Shown here: positions 1 through 12,542 of the stretch, in pieces
Layout: each line of letters starts with the position of its first letter
Position numbering within the stretch: the stretch's first letter is position 1
Origin: Macrostomum lignano
Lineage: Eukaryota
Assembly (NCBI GenBank): GCA_002269645.1
Contig: NIVC01001457.1
Span: 186,001-250,000, forward strand
Direction of reading: 5' to 3'
Length of the DNA stretch: 64,000 nucleotides
Program-made: the position numbers and the translations under genes
Notes under the pieces: model-generated
Told to the model about the DNA's origin: nothing
The model's input: the letters and a program-made list of their open reading frames with translations, nothing else
The model's database searches: none

Positions 1-590
1 TTAGGAGTCCCATTTATGATAATTGGGTCCCCCGGATTTATGAATCCCATTTATGATAATTGAGTGCCGGATTTATGAATCCCATTTTTGATAATTGAGT
101 CCTGGATTTAGGAGTCCCATTTATGATAATTGGGTCCCCGATTTATGAATCCCATTTTTGATGATTAAGTCCCGGATTTATGAGTCCCATTTATGATAAT
201 TGGGTCCCCCGATTTATGAATTCCAATTATGATAATTGAGTCCCGGATTTAGGAGTCCCATTTATGATAATTGAGTCCCGGATTTATGAATCCCATTTAT
301 GATAATTGATAATTGAGTTCCGGATTTATGAATCTCATTTATGATAATTGAGTCCCGGATTTATGAATCCCATTTATGATAATTGATAATTGAGTTCCGG
401 ATTTATGAATCTCATTTATGATAATTGAGTCCCGGATTTATGAATCCCATTTATGATAATTGATAATTGAGTTCCGGATTTATGAATCTCATTTATGATA
501 ATTGAGTCCCGGATTTATGAATCCCATTTATGATAATTGATAATTGAGTTCCGGATTTATGAATCCCATTTATGATAATTGATAATTAAG
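1..590. repeat. Minisatellite, ~35-43 bp unit (GGATTTATGAATCCCATTTATGATAATTGAGTCCC), truncated by the window start
   Basis: Directly visible tandem copies with small indel variants (extra GATAATT). Confidence 0.95.
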
Positions 591-1675
591 CTCCTTATTT
601 ATGAATTCCATTTCAATAATGCTTCATCTATAGGTTATAATGCAGCTTATATAGTTTTTATTCCTATAATTCAGAGGTGCTAAACTTTCATAAGAGTGCT
701 TCAATAAGTAGTATTTCTACAAACTGTCTGATATCTGTAATCTCAATTGTTTTTCTACTTAACCGCAGGCAAAAATGCATCCAGAAGAGCTGCTTTCACT
801 GTAACTTGGCTAGTTTTAACCTTTTTGTAAAATGTCAAATTTCCAGCATATGTTTTTTTAATTTGGTGTTTCTAAATTTTCTATTTTGCTATCTAAACAT
901 CAGCTCAATGCTACTCAATCAGCCAGCGGCTTCTCAACATTTCATTTATTAATGACAAATTTTAATAGAGTGAAACTAATTCAAGATAGATTGCAAACAG
1001 TAATTGTTTATTTCGTTTAAGATTGACAGTTCTGCAATCTTATCGATGCTGCAGTTGATTTAAAAGTAATTTTTAATCAATAATATCAGTTTTTTATTAT
1101 CATTTTTCTTTTCTATTCTCTGCAGCTTTTTATTCTAGTTGAATTTTTCTTTCATTTCGGCTGTTAGAGAAGATTGCAGGCGGTTCTATTTTATAATTTA
1201 CAGCATAAATGCTTGCGTATTGTGCTTTGTTTATTAAACTTTTTTGTTTATAAATTTCTAGATTATTTGTTGCCTACTCTGATTGCGCCAAGACAATATA
1301 TATATATATATCTTTTGTTTAAACCTAAATCTGTTCCAACTTCCTAACAAAAAAGATTATTTAAAACATGTAATTATGATTTTTTGTTCAATATCGGCGA
1401 ATGTACTTTTTGTTAAAAATTAATACATTAAAAGTTTATATTGGTTATTATCTGTGTGTTATTTATTTCGATTGAGTCGTAAGATTAGTATAGTTTACGA
1501 TTAGGTGGCTGCAAAGCTGAAAAATATAATAAATGACAAAGAAGCCTAACATAACCGACTTCCATCACAAGTTGTAAAAATTTCGATGATAAAAATCTAT
1601 ACTTTCTACTATCCACATAGATAAGTAGAGTAGTGACGATATTTACCTATTTTATTGAATAATTGCATGCCGCAG

Positions 1676-4600
1676 ATGGCTGCAGCCAGCGGGAAGAATC
1701 GGCTTTCGCAGCGTCAGCAGTCGGAATCCAAGTCGGCTTATCGAATTACAGTCACTGATCCCCAACTGCATCCCAGCAATTTTACCGCCTATAAAGTCAC
1801 CATGCACGTTGTGCCCGAGTCTATATTTCAAGAGGAATATCAGGTACGATTTGCGTTACCGTGACCAGAATCGCTAAAGAGTCGCTGCGACTCTTGTGGG
1901 TTTTTTAACGACTCAAACGACTGTAATTGCGACAGAGAGGTTTCTGCTAACTCAAGTAGACTAAATAGAGTTGTTATAAATGCGAAATGCGATTTCTGAT
2001 TCAAATTCGAACTCTGGCGCGCCTCAGTTACGACTCCACGGCCCCAGAGTAGTTACAGAGTCGCAGGCAATAAAACACGTCAAATTGACTCTTAGGTGAC
2101 TCTTTGGCGCAATACCATGCGCAACACCCGGCATATAATAGACATATTACTAATTAGATGACGAGGCATTTAGCCTTAATAATACAGTCATAGTTACTCC
2201 ACTGTTTACCTGAAAATGTTAATTCTTGCTTAGGTTTATCATAAGGTAAGTCGCATGGCCGATGTACACCAGGGGGTTTGCGCATGTATGTAGCTGTGTT
2301 ACCTGCAACAACTCTGGGATGCTTCTTGGCCCAGTAAAGTTTTCATCGCATCCCAACCCGCAGATTGTGATCTACAAGCGATTCAAAGATTTCCAGCGGC
2401 TTCACCGCCTGCTGTCGGACCTGCACACCAAACTGCAGCGCCGGGACCATTTCCCCCCTCTGCCGGAAGTCGCCTACTTCAATCGATTCGAGCCGGAAGT
2501 GATCGAATCTCGGCGGAAAGCTGCCGAATTGGCGTTGCAGTTTTGCGCCGATCAGCCGCATCTGCGCCAGCACTCTGCGTTTCAAGCGTTTTTTCAGTCC
2601 GGCGTTCGCACCGCTGGCCCGCCGACGCCGGCGCAGGCTTCGTTGACTTCGGCGTCACCGGCACCAGCAGTTTATGAACCGATGCGGCCAGTCGTTCCGG
2701 AAGCTTCTCCGCTGTCGACGTTCTCGTCGCCTGAAGAGGAGCAGCCGCCTCCGGCTTATACTCGATCTGTGAGCGGCACATCCGGTCACAGCGGCCTGCC
2801 GGATGTGTCGGAGTTCGATCCGTTTGTCGTCGGAGGCCCAGCGACAGCCGCCGGCGCCACCGCCGCCCCTGCCGAAGCCGCTCCCGACGTAGCCGCCGCA
2901 AACCCGACAGCATCATCAAATCTGAGCGCGGATTTGCTGCTCACGCTGCATTCAGATGTGAGTTGTACGAGTCCGGCTGCTCAGACTGAGTACCGGATGA
3001 GTCTGGCACCTGATTCTGTAAACTGGCACCGGATTTCTGTAAACTGGCATCCCGATTCTGTAAACTGGCACCGAATTCTGTAAACTGGCATCCCGATTCC
3101 ATAAACTGGCACCCCGATTCTTTGAACTGGCATCTCGATTCCATAAACTGGCACCCCGATTCCATAAACTGGCACCCCGATTCCATAAACTGGCATCCCG
3201 GTTCTGTTAACTGACACTCTGATTCTATAAACTGGCATCCCGATTCTTTGAACTGGCATCTCGATTCCATAAACTGGCACCCCGATTCTATAAACTGGCA
3301 CCCCGATTCCATAAACTGGCATCCCGGTTCTGTTAACTGACACTCTGATTCTATAAACTGGCACTCCAGTTCTGAAAACTGGCACCCCAAACTCAAAGCT
3401 GCTACGATTCAAAACTGTCATTCATAATTGCCAATCCTAAACCGTCAGCAGACACCCACTGAGCTGGAAGACGAGATGCTGATGTCGCGGCTGCACTCGT
3501 TGAAAGTAGTCAGCAGCTTTGAAGATGCCGATGCCACAGACGGACAGTCTGGAGTTGACGAAGCCGCTGTGTTCGGCCTTCCGCCCGCGCCTCCGCCTCT
3601 GTCGGGCACTGAGCAGCCGATCTCGCCTCTGTACGGCACCAGCGGCGGCGGCGGCTGGCCTCCGACACCTGCCGTCCCGCCTTACCTGGCCGAGGCCGCC
3701 AGTCACGTGACCGAGGCGCAGCGTCACGAATCTGCGGGCGATTTCGCTCTGGCATTCGCCGAATACAAAGCCGGGGTTGAAGTCCTGCTCGGCGGGGTGC
3801 AGCTGGATTCGGACGCGGACAGGCGGTCCGATGTCAAGCGTAAGACGGAGCAGTACCTGCGCAGGGCCGAGGCCATCTACGACCGCTATCTGGACTCCGC
3901 GTCCGCTGTGAGTAGTGAGTGCCGAGCCGGAAATATTTTTTTGTGCGCACTTTTCCGAGTTCGCCTACTGATAAGTAGAAAGTATAGGATGCGGCTCTGG
4001 TCAGGCAACCAGCTGTCGGAGTTTTAAAGGGATAGAAACCGGTTCTGGCAGAGTTACCTGGGCTCGATTCCACTTTTTCTTGCTGATAGTTAATATCGTG
4101 TACTGTGGATTGTGTAGAGTATACATTTGGGGGGTTGTCTGTACATTGGGATGATTGTACATTGAGCGGAGAGAGTATATTTTAGTGTACATTGGGCTGA
4201 GTATGCATTGGAGAGAGCGTACATTGGGGAGAAAGTAAATTTGAGAGTGTACATTAAGGAGAGTACATTTGTGAGTGTATATTGAGGAGAGTATATTTGT
4301 GAGTGTATATTGAGGAGAGTATATTTGTGAGTGTATATTGAGGAGAGTACATTTGTGAGTGTACATTGAGGAGAGTACATTTGTGAGTGTACATTGAGGA
4401 GAGTACATTTGTGAGTGTATATTGAGGAGAGTACATTGGTGAGTGTATATTGAGGAGAGTACATTTGTGAGTGTATATTGAGAAGAGTACATTTGTGAGT
4501 GTATATTGAGGAGAGTACATTTGTGAGTGTATATTGAGGAGAGTACATTGGTGAGTGTACAGTGAGGAGAGTACATTTGTGAGTGTATATTGAGGAGAGT

Positions 4601-7600
4601 ACATTTGTGAGTGTATATTGAGGAGAGTACATTTGTGAGTGCACATTGAGGAGAGTACATTTGAGAGTGTACAGTGGGAGAGAGTACATTTGCGAGTGTA
4701 CTTAAGCTAGAGAGTAAATTTAAGGGTGTACATTGGGTTGAAAGTGCATTCGAGTGTACATTGAGAAGAGCGTATATTTGAGGGTGTACATTAGGGAGAG
4801 AGTAGATTTGAGGGTGTACATTGGGGAGAGAGTAGATTTGAGGGTGTACATTAGGGAGAGAGTAGATTTGAGGGTGTACATTAGGGAGAAAGTAGATTTG
4901 AGGGTGTACATTGGGGAGAGAGTAGATTTGAGGGTGTACATTAGGGAGAGAGTAGATTTGAGGGTGTACATTAGGGAGAGAGTAGATTTGAGGGTGTACA
5001 TTGGGGAGAGAGTAGATTTGAGGGTGTACATTAGGGGGAGAGTAGATTTGAGGGTGTACATTGGGGAGAGAGTAGATTTGAGGGTGTACATTAGGGAGAG
5101 AGTAGATTTGAGGGTGTACATTGGGGAGAGAAGCCGGGGTTGAGAGATAGACAGCATCGTGGGAGCTAGTGAGAGGTCGGGAGGCTGGTGGAGGATGAAG
5201 CCAAGAGGCGGAGACAGGGACAGGTAACCCAGCATACCCCTAACCCCCTCAAGAGGGTGTACATTAGGGAGAGAGTAGATTTGAGGGTGTACATTGGGGA
5301 GAGAGTAGATTTGAGGGTGTACATTAGGGAGAGAGTAGATTTGAGGGTGTACATTGGGGAGAGAGTAGATTTGAGGGTGTACATTGGGGAGAGAGTAGAT
5401 TTGAGGGTGTACATTAGGGAGAGAGTAGATTTGAGGGTGTACATTGGTGAGAGAGTAGATTTGATGGTGTACATTAGGGAGAGAGTAGATTTGAGGGTGT
5501 ACATTGGGGAGAGAGTAGATTTGAGGGTGTACATTAGGGAGAGAGTAGATTTGAGGGTGTACATTAGGGAGAGAGTAGATTTGAGGGTGTACATTGGTGA
5601 GAGAGTAGATTTGAGGGTGTACATTAGGGAGAGAGTTGATTTGAAGGTGTACATTAGGGAGAGAGTAGATTTGAGGGTGTACATTGGGGAGAGAGTAGAT
5701 TTGAGGGTGTACATTAGGGAGAGAGTAGATTTGAGGGTGTACATTGGTGAGAGAGTAGATTTGAGGGTGTACATTAGGGAGAGAGTAGATTTGAGGGTGT
5801 ACATTAGGGAGAGAGTAGATTTGAGGGTGTACATTGGTGAGAGAGTAGATTTGAGGGTGTACATTAGGGAGAGAGTAGATTTGAGGGTGTACATTGGTGA
5901 GAGAGTAGATTTGAGGGTGTACATTGGTGGTTTACTTTTGTGAAGTGTACACTAAACGTGTACATTGGTGAGGATGTACATTTTAGTATAGGGAGAATTG
6001 TGACTCCGCAAACTGTGGAAGAAGTGCTATGCAAATTATAGCAAAGGCATTTAAATTCAAAGCATTTAAAGCATTCGCTACTGTGTGTGATCTGTTTCTT
6101 CTTTAAAAGAACTCTTTCTGCATGGCTGCTATTACTGTATTATACCTGTCCATCTCTCTCCAAAACTTCCAGGCGGTCCAAAAGATCACCAGGCCCCATA
6201 GAGAACTTCATCACTACTCAGTCATTGGCACAATCGGATCCGTCATTCTAGTCATTAATAAGTTTAGCCAGCAAAGATTTATCATTAAGGTGAGGCTTGT
6301 TCAATTATTAATCATTTTGCACGACTTAATAGACACCATGAAGTGCGGTGAGAGGTATAGAGACACGTAGGAGAGTGAAAAAAGATATGGTGAGACTTCG
6401 AGAGCTGTCGGAGATAATGAGAAGTAGATAGTCTGGGAGATGGTGAGAGGTGGATAGCCTTAAGGATGGAGAGAAGTAGATAGCCTGGAAGATGAGAAGT
6501 ACATAGTCTGGGAGATGAGAAGTAGATAGCTTGGGAAATGAGAATTAGATAGCCTAGGTGATAGTGAGAAGTAGATAGCCTGGGAGATGGTGAGAGGTAG
6601 ATAGGCTGGGAGATGAGAAGTACTGGTAGATAGCCTAGGTGATATTGAGAAGTAGATTGCCTGGGAGATGAGAAGTAGACAGCCTGGGAAATGAGAAATA
6701 GATAGCCTGGGAGATGGTGAGAGGTAGATAGGCTGGGAGATGAGAAGTAGATAGCCTAGGTGATATTGAGAAGTAGATAGCCTGGAAGATGAGAAGTAGA
6801 TAGCCTAGGTGATATTGAGAAGTAGATAGCCTGGAAGATGAGAAGTAGATAGCCTGGGTGATATTGAGAAGTAGATAGCCTGGGAGATGAGAAGTAGACA
6901 GCCTGGGAAATGAGAAGTAGACAGCCTGGGAAATGAGAAGTAGATAGCCTGGGTGATAGTGAGTAGTAGATAGTCTGGGAGATGAGAAGTAGATAGCCTG
7001 GAAGATGAGAAGTAGATAGCCTGGGAGATGGTGAGAGGTAGATAGCCTGGGAGATGAGAAGTAGATAGCCTGGAAGATGAGAAGTAGACAGCCTGGGAAA
7101 TGAGAAGTAGATAGCCTGGGTGATAGTGAGTAGTAGATAGTCTGGGAGATGTTGAGAGATAGACAACATTGTCGGAGCTAGTGAGAGGTCGGGAGGCTGG
7201 TGGAGGATGAAGCCAAGAGGCGGAGACAGGGACAGGTAGCCCAGCATGCCCCTAACCCCCTCAGAGCGTGTGCAAGTCGGCATGCCTGTTGCTGCTGCTG
7301 CTGGACCAAGTGCCGGGAGGACAGCTGTACACCTTTGTGAGGCGGCATCGACCAGCTGTGAATGAATGCAACTGCTGTTGCTGCTGCTGCTGTTCTTCTA
7401 ATTCCTCTGCCGATGTCGGCGATCTCGAGCTGCTTCGAAAAGTCAGCGAAGACGGCGAGCTTGTGCGCGTGTTTCACTCGGTCCCGTCGCGGGTGCCGGC
7501 GCCGGCGCCTTGCCAGCAGCCCGAACTGGCAGGCGTGCTGAAGGATCAGTTGAAGGTCAAGCCAGCAGCTCAGCAGTCAGCAGCACTGGGACCAGATTCT

Positions 7601-9742
7601 TCCGTTTGCGATCAGTCTTATGCTCAGCTTTTTCGCGACTATTATGGATCTGAAACTGCTACTGCTGCTACTACTGATAGTAGCTGTGAGAATGCTGGCG
7701 CAAGCTCGACTTCTTTTGTTGAAATTGGCGGAGCGCCTGTTGATAGCAGCAAGGATGGTGAGTGAAGCTGCTTGGTTTTAGATTTTTAGGAGGGCTTGTT
7801 AGAGGTGACCCTTTTCCGTTGTCAAGGACGCGACTATTGTTGTTAGAGGCGCCATTACTCGGTTGTCAAGGACGCTGTTATTCGGTTGTTAGGAGCGCCC
7901 TTAGTTGTCAAGGAAGCTATTGTTTTTTTTGTTAGGGGGGCATTACTCGGTTGTCAAGGACGCCATTGATCGGTTGTTAAGAGCATCATTAGTCGGTTGT
8001 CAAGGATGCTAATCGGGCTGTTAGAGGCTAAATGTATGTCTTTAAGAAGCGCCATTTTTTGGCTGCCAAGGTCACTATTTTGGTTGTTAGGGAGGTAGAA
8101 AATGAAAAAAATTTAGTACTCATCCTCGCACGCCCGCCAACACACAGTGGACTCTGACGACGGCTTACGGAGGTCAGTGGACACCGCCAACCCCGCCTCA
8201 AGCCTCGGTAATCCTCAAAACTCTTCCCAGCAACAGCAACAGAAGCATCCCGGAGGCTGCTACAGAGGCCGAGCTCTGTCCTCAGTGTTCGCTCAGATTG
8301 TGGACTCCGTGCTTCAGCAATCTCACCGGCAGCAGCAGCAGCAACAGAAACTGCAACAACTGCCAGAGCTGCCGACGGCCGCCCTGCCGGAGTCCTGCGT
8401 CAGGCAGTGGGGCGCCGAGCTGCTCACCTGCTTGGCTCAGCTGCATTCGCGCGGACTGTACTTTGGCTGCCTGCTGCCGGGCGATGTACTGCTCGGCGAC
8501 CGGGGTCACCTCAGGCTGACCTATCGGTTTAGGCGGACTCGCCTCGCGCAGGCGCTCAGGGCCAGTCCGTATTGCGCGCCAGAATGGCGCCTCTGTCCCG
8601 GCGCCACTCCGGCTAGGCCGCAGGTGAATTAATGGCAGGAGGTCACTGGTTGTAGGGGGGGGGGGGTTCATTGACTTTTTCTGAAGTGAGCTGTCTTGAT
8701 TATGGGGGTCACTGATCCTCTCTTTGTAGTGTCTTGATTATGGGGGTCACTGATCCTCTCTTTGCAGTGTCTTGGTTATGGGGGTCACTGACCCTCTTTG
8801 CAGTGTCTTGGTTATGGGGGTCACCGATCCTCTCTTTGCAGTGCCTTGGTTATGGGGATCACTGAACCTCTTTGCAGTGTCTTGGTTATGGGGGCGGGGT
8901 CACTGACCCTCTTTGCAGTGTCTTGGTTATGGGGGTCACTGACCCTCTCTTTGCAGTGTCTTGGTTATGGGAGTCACTGATCCTCTCTTTGCAGTGTCTT
9001 GATTATGGGGGTCACTGACCCTCTCTTTGCAGTGTCTTGATTATGGGGGTCACTGACCCTCTCTTTGCAGTGTCTTGATTATGGGGGGTCAACGATCCAC
9101 TCTTTGCAGTGTCTTGATTAGGGGGGCGGGGTCACTGACCCTCTTTGCAGTGTCTTGATTATGGGGGGTCACTGACCCTCTTTGCATTTGCAGTGTCTTG
9201 GTTATGGGGGGTCACTGACCCTCTTTGCATTTGCAGTGTCTTGGTTATGGGGGGTCACTGACCCTCTTTGCATTTGCAGTGTCTTGGTTATGGGGGTCAC
9301 TGACCCTCTTTGCTGTGTCTTGGTTATGGGGGGTCAATGACCCTCTTTGCATTTGCAGTGTCTTGTTTATGGGGGGGGGTCACTGACCCTCTTGTCATCA
9401 CTAAGTTAGGTACCCGCGTTTGTATATTTGATCGAAAAAATAGCTCATCAGGTACGGTGTCAAAGAAGGTCGCCAATACCCTCTTCGCAGGTTGGCGACT
9501 GGTGGAGTCTGGGCTGCCACCTGCTGCTAATGCTCACCGGTGACTGCGTCTGCCGGGCCGTCCGGCCGCCGCCTCCCCTGCCCGACTGGCTGAGCGCCGA
9601 AGCCCGCGACCTCCTCAGCCAGCTGCTGTGCCCGGAGCCGCGGCATCGCCTGGGCGGCGGCTCGCCAGGACCGGACGAGATTCGACAGCACGCCTTCTTT
9701 CGGGGTGTTGATTGGCGAGGACTGGGGGCAAAGGCGTTTTGA
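1676..9742 (+). CDS. RPS6KC1: Ribosomal protein S6 kinase delta-1-like protein (PX + MIT + split pseudokinase), multi-exon
   Basis: Predicted exons: 1676-1843, optional 2234-2245, 2364-2957, 3449/3452-3907, 6173-6289, 7265-7757, 8148-8623, 9491-9742. All are GT-AG and phase-consistent (0,0,0,0,0,1,0). PX: YRITVTDPQLHPSNFTAYKV...IVIYKRFKDF...RFEPEVIESRRKAAELALQF. MIT: YLAEAASHVTEA...YKAGVEVLLGGVQ...VKRKTEQYLRRAEAIY. Kinase-like: YSVIGTIGSVILV, LPESCVRQWGAELLTCLAQLHSRGL, DWWSLG, LSAEARDLLSQLL...RLGGG...IRQHAFFRGVDW. This domain order is the RPS6KC1 architecture. Confidence 0.9.
3005..3390. repeat. Intronic 21-bp minisatellite (GATTCCATAAACTGGCACCCC) with a 126-bp higher-order duplication
   Basis: Period 21; the variant block starting GATTCTTTGAACTGG recurs at ~3116 and ~3242. 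Confidence 0.95.
4100..5925. repeat. Intronic minisatellite: 28-bp unit grading into a 30-bp unit (AGTAGATTTGAGGGTGTACATTRGGGAGAG), interrupted at ~5131-5255
   Basis: Periods of 28 and 30 read directly; it accounts for the spurious repetitive ORFs at 4001-5943. Confidence 0.95.
6420..7150. repeat. Intronic degenerate minisatellite (~23-bp core GAGAAGTAGATAGCCTGGGAGAT)
   Basis: Directly visible tandem copies with length variants. Confidence 0.9.
7800..8090. repeat. Old, degenerate intronic tandem repeat (GGTTGTCAAGGACGC / GTTGTTAGAG cores)
   Basis: GTTGTCAAGGA recurs about five times with diverged spacers. Confidence 0.6.
8690..9390. repeat. Intronic ~36-42 bp minisatellite (GTCACTGACCCTCTTTGCAGTGTCTTGGTTATGGGG)
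   Basis: Directly visible tandem copies. Confidence 0.95.
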
Positions 9743-9839
9743 GATGGCTGCGGGTGTTCGGGTTATTGATCCAAGCTGGGCTGCGATTGGGTGGCTCATG
9801 GGATCGATAATTATTGTTAATAAAAATAGTATCGATAGT

Positions 9840-10600
9840 TATTGTTAATAGGGTAGATAACTATTATCGACAGTATCGAAAACTGTTGTTAATAGTATCG
9901 ATAATTATTGTTGACAGTATCGATAACTATTGTTGATAGTATCGATAAATATTGTTGAGAGTATCGATAATTATTGTTGACAGTATCGATAACTATTGTT
10001 GATAGTATCGATAACTATTGTTGACAGTATCGATAACTATTGTTGATAGTATCGATAACTATTGTTGATAGTATCGATAATTATTGTTGATGGTATCGAT
10101 AACTATTGTTGATAGTATCGATAACTATTGTTGATAGTATCGATAACTATTGTTGATAGTATCGATAACTATTGTTTATTGTATCGATAATTATTGTTGA
10201 CAGTATCGATAACTATTGTTTATAGTATCGATAATTATTGTTGACAGTATCGATAACTATTGTTGATAGTATCGATAACTATTGTTTATAGTATCGATAA
10301 TTATTGTTGACAGTATCGATAACTATTGTTGATAGTATCGATAACTATTGTTGATAGTATCGATAAATATTGTTTACAGTATCGATAATTATTGTTGATA
10401 GTATCGATAACTATTGTTGATAGTATCGATAACTATTGTTGACAGTATCGATAATTATTGTTGACAGTATCGATAACTATTGTTGATAGTATCGATAATT
10501 TTTGTTGATAGTATCGATAACTATTGTGGCAGTTTCGATAGCTTTTGGGACAGTATCGATAATTATTGTTTACAGTATCGATAATTGTTGATAATAATAT
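9840..10600. repeat. 22-bp minisatellite (GTATCGATAACTATTGTTGATA) containing the TATCGATA palindrome
   Basis: Period 22, decaying into degenerate copies on both flanks. Confidence 0.95.
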
Positions 10601-11599
10601 AGATACTTATTGTTGATAGTATCGAAAATTAAGGTTAATAGTAACGATAATTACTGTTGATAACACTCATTTTTTTTTAATTGTGTCGATAATTATCGTT
10701 GATTGTATTAATACGGGTCTCGTAATTGCTGTTAATAGTATCAATAATTAATGTTGATAGTATTAGTTATTATTGTTAATAGTATCGTTAATTATTGTTG
10801 ACTGTTGAAATATTACCGCGATTATCGATACAATTTTTTATTACCGTTACGTCATTATCATAAATTATATTGCTGGTTCTGTCATTAATTTTATTTTACA
10901 AGCCCCTCTAATAGTTACTGTCGCATTATCGAGACTAATACTTTCCGATATGCTGCCCTATAATTAACGATAAGCAAATTATTATTATCGATGGCGTGTG
11001 CAAGCATAGCTTTGTCAAACTGGTTCGCTAAACCGCTACTGTTAGTCTTTCATGTGCTCGGATCCGTCATTCTCTAAATTAATAGCTATCATTCTCGATA
11101 ATAAAAATTACCTAATTTAATTGAATATCGTTAACTGTAGGGTTTTTTATTTTTTTGCGTCAGTATTATGTAATGAATAATTTTTACTGTTTCTTGGTAC
11201 ACTAAATACTACCACTATTGATAACGCTGGCAGTAAGTAGTATGCTGTCTGTCTGACTGACTCAAAACAATTATAAGATGTCGGTAATTACTAAGTATTC
11301 TCGTGCCACAATTATCTGTAAATGATTCTGTGCATATTTTGCGGTGTATAAATATTTGCTTTCTTTGTCAAATCAAATCAAATCAAATTATTCAGTGTGA
11401 CATGTGCTCTGATTTACTGTTCTTCCAACTCAAAGTGCAATGCGCAACTTCTTGTCAATACATATAAGGGCTACAAAACAGAGAGACACTGGTGTCTGAT
11501 ACAGAGATCCGGTTTGCCGAAACTTCAAATGACAAATATCTGTTTTCATTAGTTTGGCATTTTCTTACTTACTGGTTACCTCAGCTATTGACGTTTTTC

Positions 11600-12120
11600 G
11601 ATCTGTCTGTCTGCCTGCCTGTCTGTCTGTCTGTCTCTGCCTGCCTGTCTGCCTGCCTGTCTGTCTGTCTGTCTGTCTGTCTCTGCCTGCCTGTCTGCCT
11701 GCCTGTCTGCCTGTCTGTCTGTCTGTCTGCCTGTCTGTCTGCCTGTCTGTCTGTCTGTCTGCCTGCCTGTCTGTCTGTCTGTCTCTGCCTGCCTGTCTGC
11801 CTGCCTGTCTGTCTGTCTGTCTGTCTGTCTCTGCCTGCCTGTCTGCCTGCCTGTCTGCCTGTCTGTCTGTCTGTCTGCCTGTCTGTCTGTCTGTGTGTCT
11901 GTCTGTCTTTTATCTGCTTGTCTGTCTACCTGTCTGTCTGTTTATCTGCTTGTCTGTATGTCCGTCTGTCTGTCTGTCTGTTTATCTGTCTGTCTGTCTG
12001 TGTCTGTCTGTTTATCTGTTTATCTGCCTGTCTGCCTGCCTGCCTGTCTGTTTATCTGCTTGTCTGGCAGTCTGTCTGTCTGTCTGTCTGTCTGTGTGTC
12101 TGTGTCTGTCTGTCTGCTTG
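11600..12120. repeat. (CTGT/CTGC)n microsatellite
   Basis: Directly visible. Confidence 0.97.
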
Positions 12121-12542
12121 TCAGCCCCTCTATCTGTCCCTACATACGTAATATTTATTATTGTCCAATGATAATTCTGTAAGATAATTCTAATTGTCTA
12201 AGATAATTATGTAACTACTCACCGATAGAACAATTGGTCTTTTGTGAGCAACGGGCTAGCTGTAATAGATACGGTTGTTATGTTCTGTAGTATGCCTTTA
12301 AAAAGTAGGGTAGAAGGGGATGGAGAACAAAAGATTCTGTAATCGATACTCTGTCATAACATAAATATCTACTGTGTATTTTCAACTGAATACAACACAT
12401 AATAAACGCTAGAGTGTTGCATTAGTCTTTGCAATAGCAGTTGTAGTATACTGTAGTGACGTGTTGTGCAGCTAAAAGTACAACTAATCTAGGCAAGATT
12501 GGATACTTGCAGCGACATTGGCTTTGACAAAAGGGCTCCGGG

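Noticed and set aside
4001-5943. ORFs such as (MYTLKSTLSP)n and (RVYIRERVDL)n
   Set aside because: They are translations of intronic 28/30-bp minisatellites within RPS6KC1.
7236-7264. A 29-nt intron that would add the missing kinase exon upstream of 7265
   Set aside because: The upstream sequence has no phase-0 acceptor with an open frame and no similarity to the missing kinase segment.
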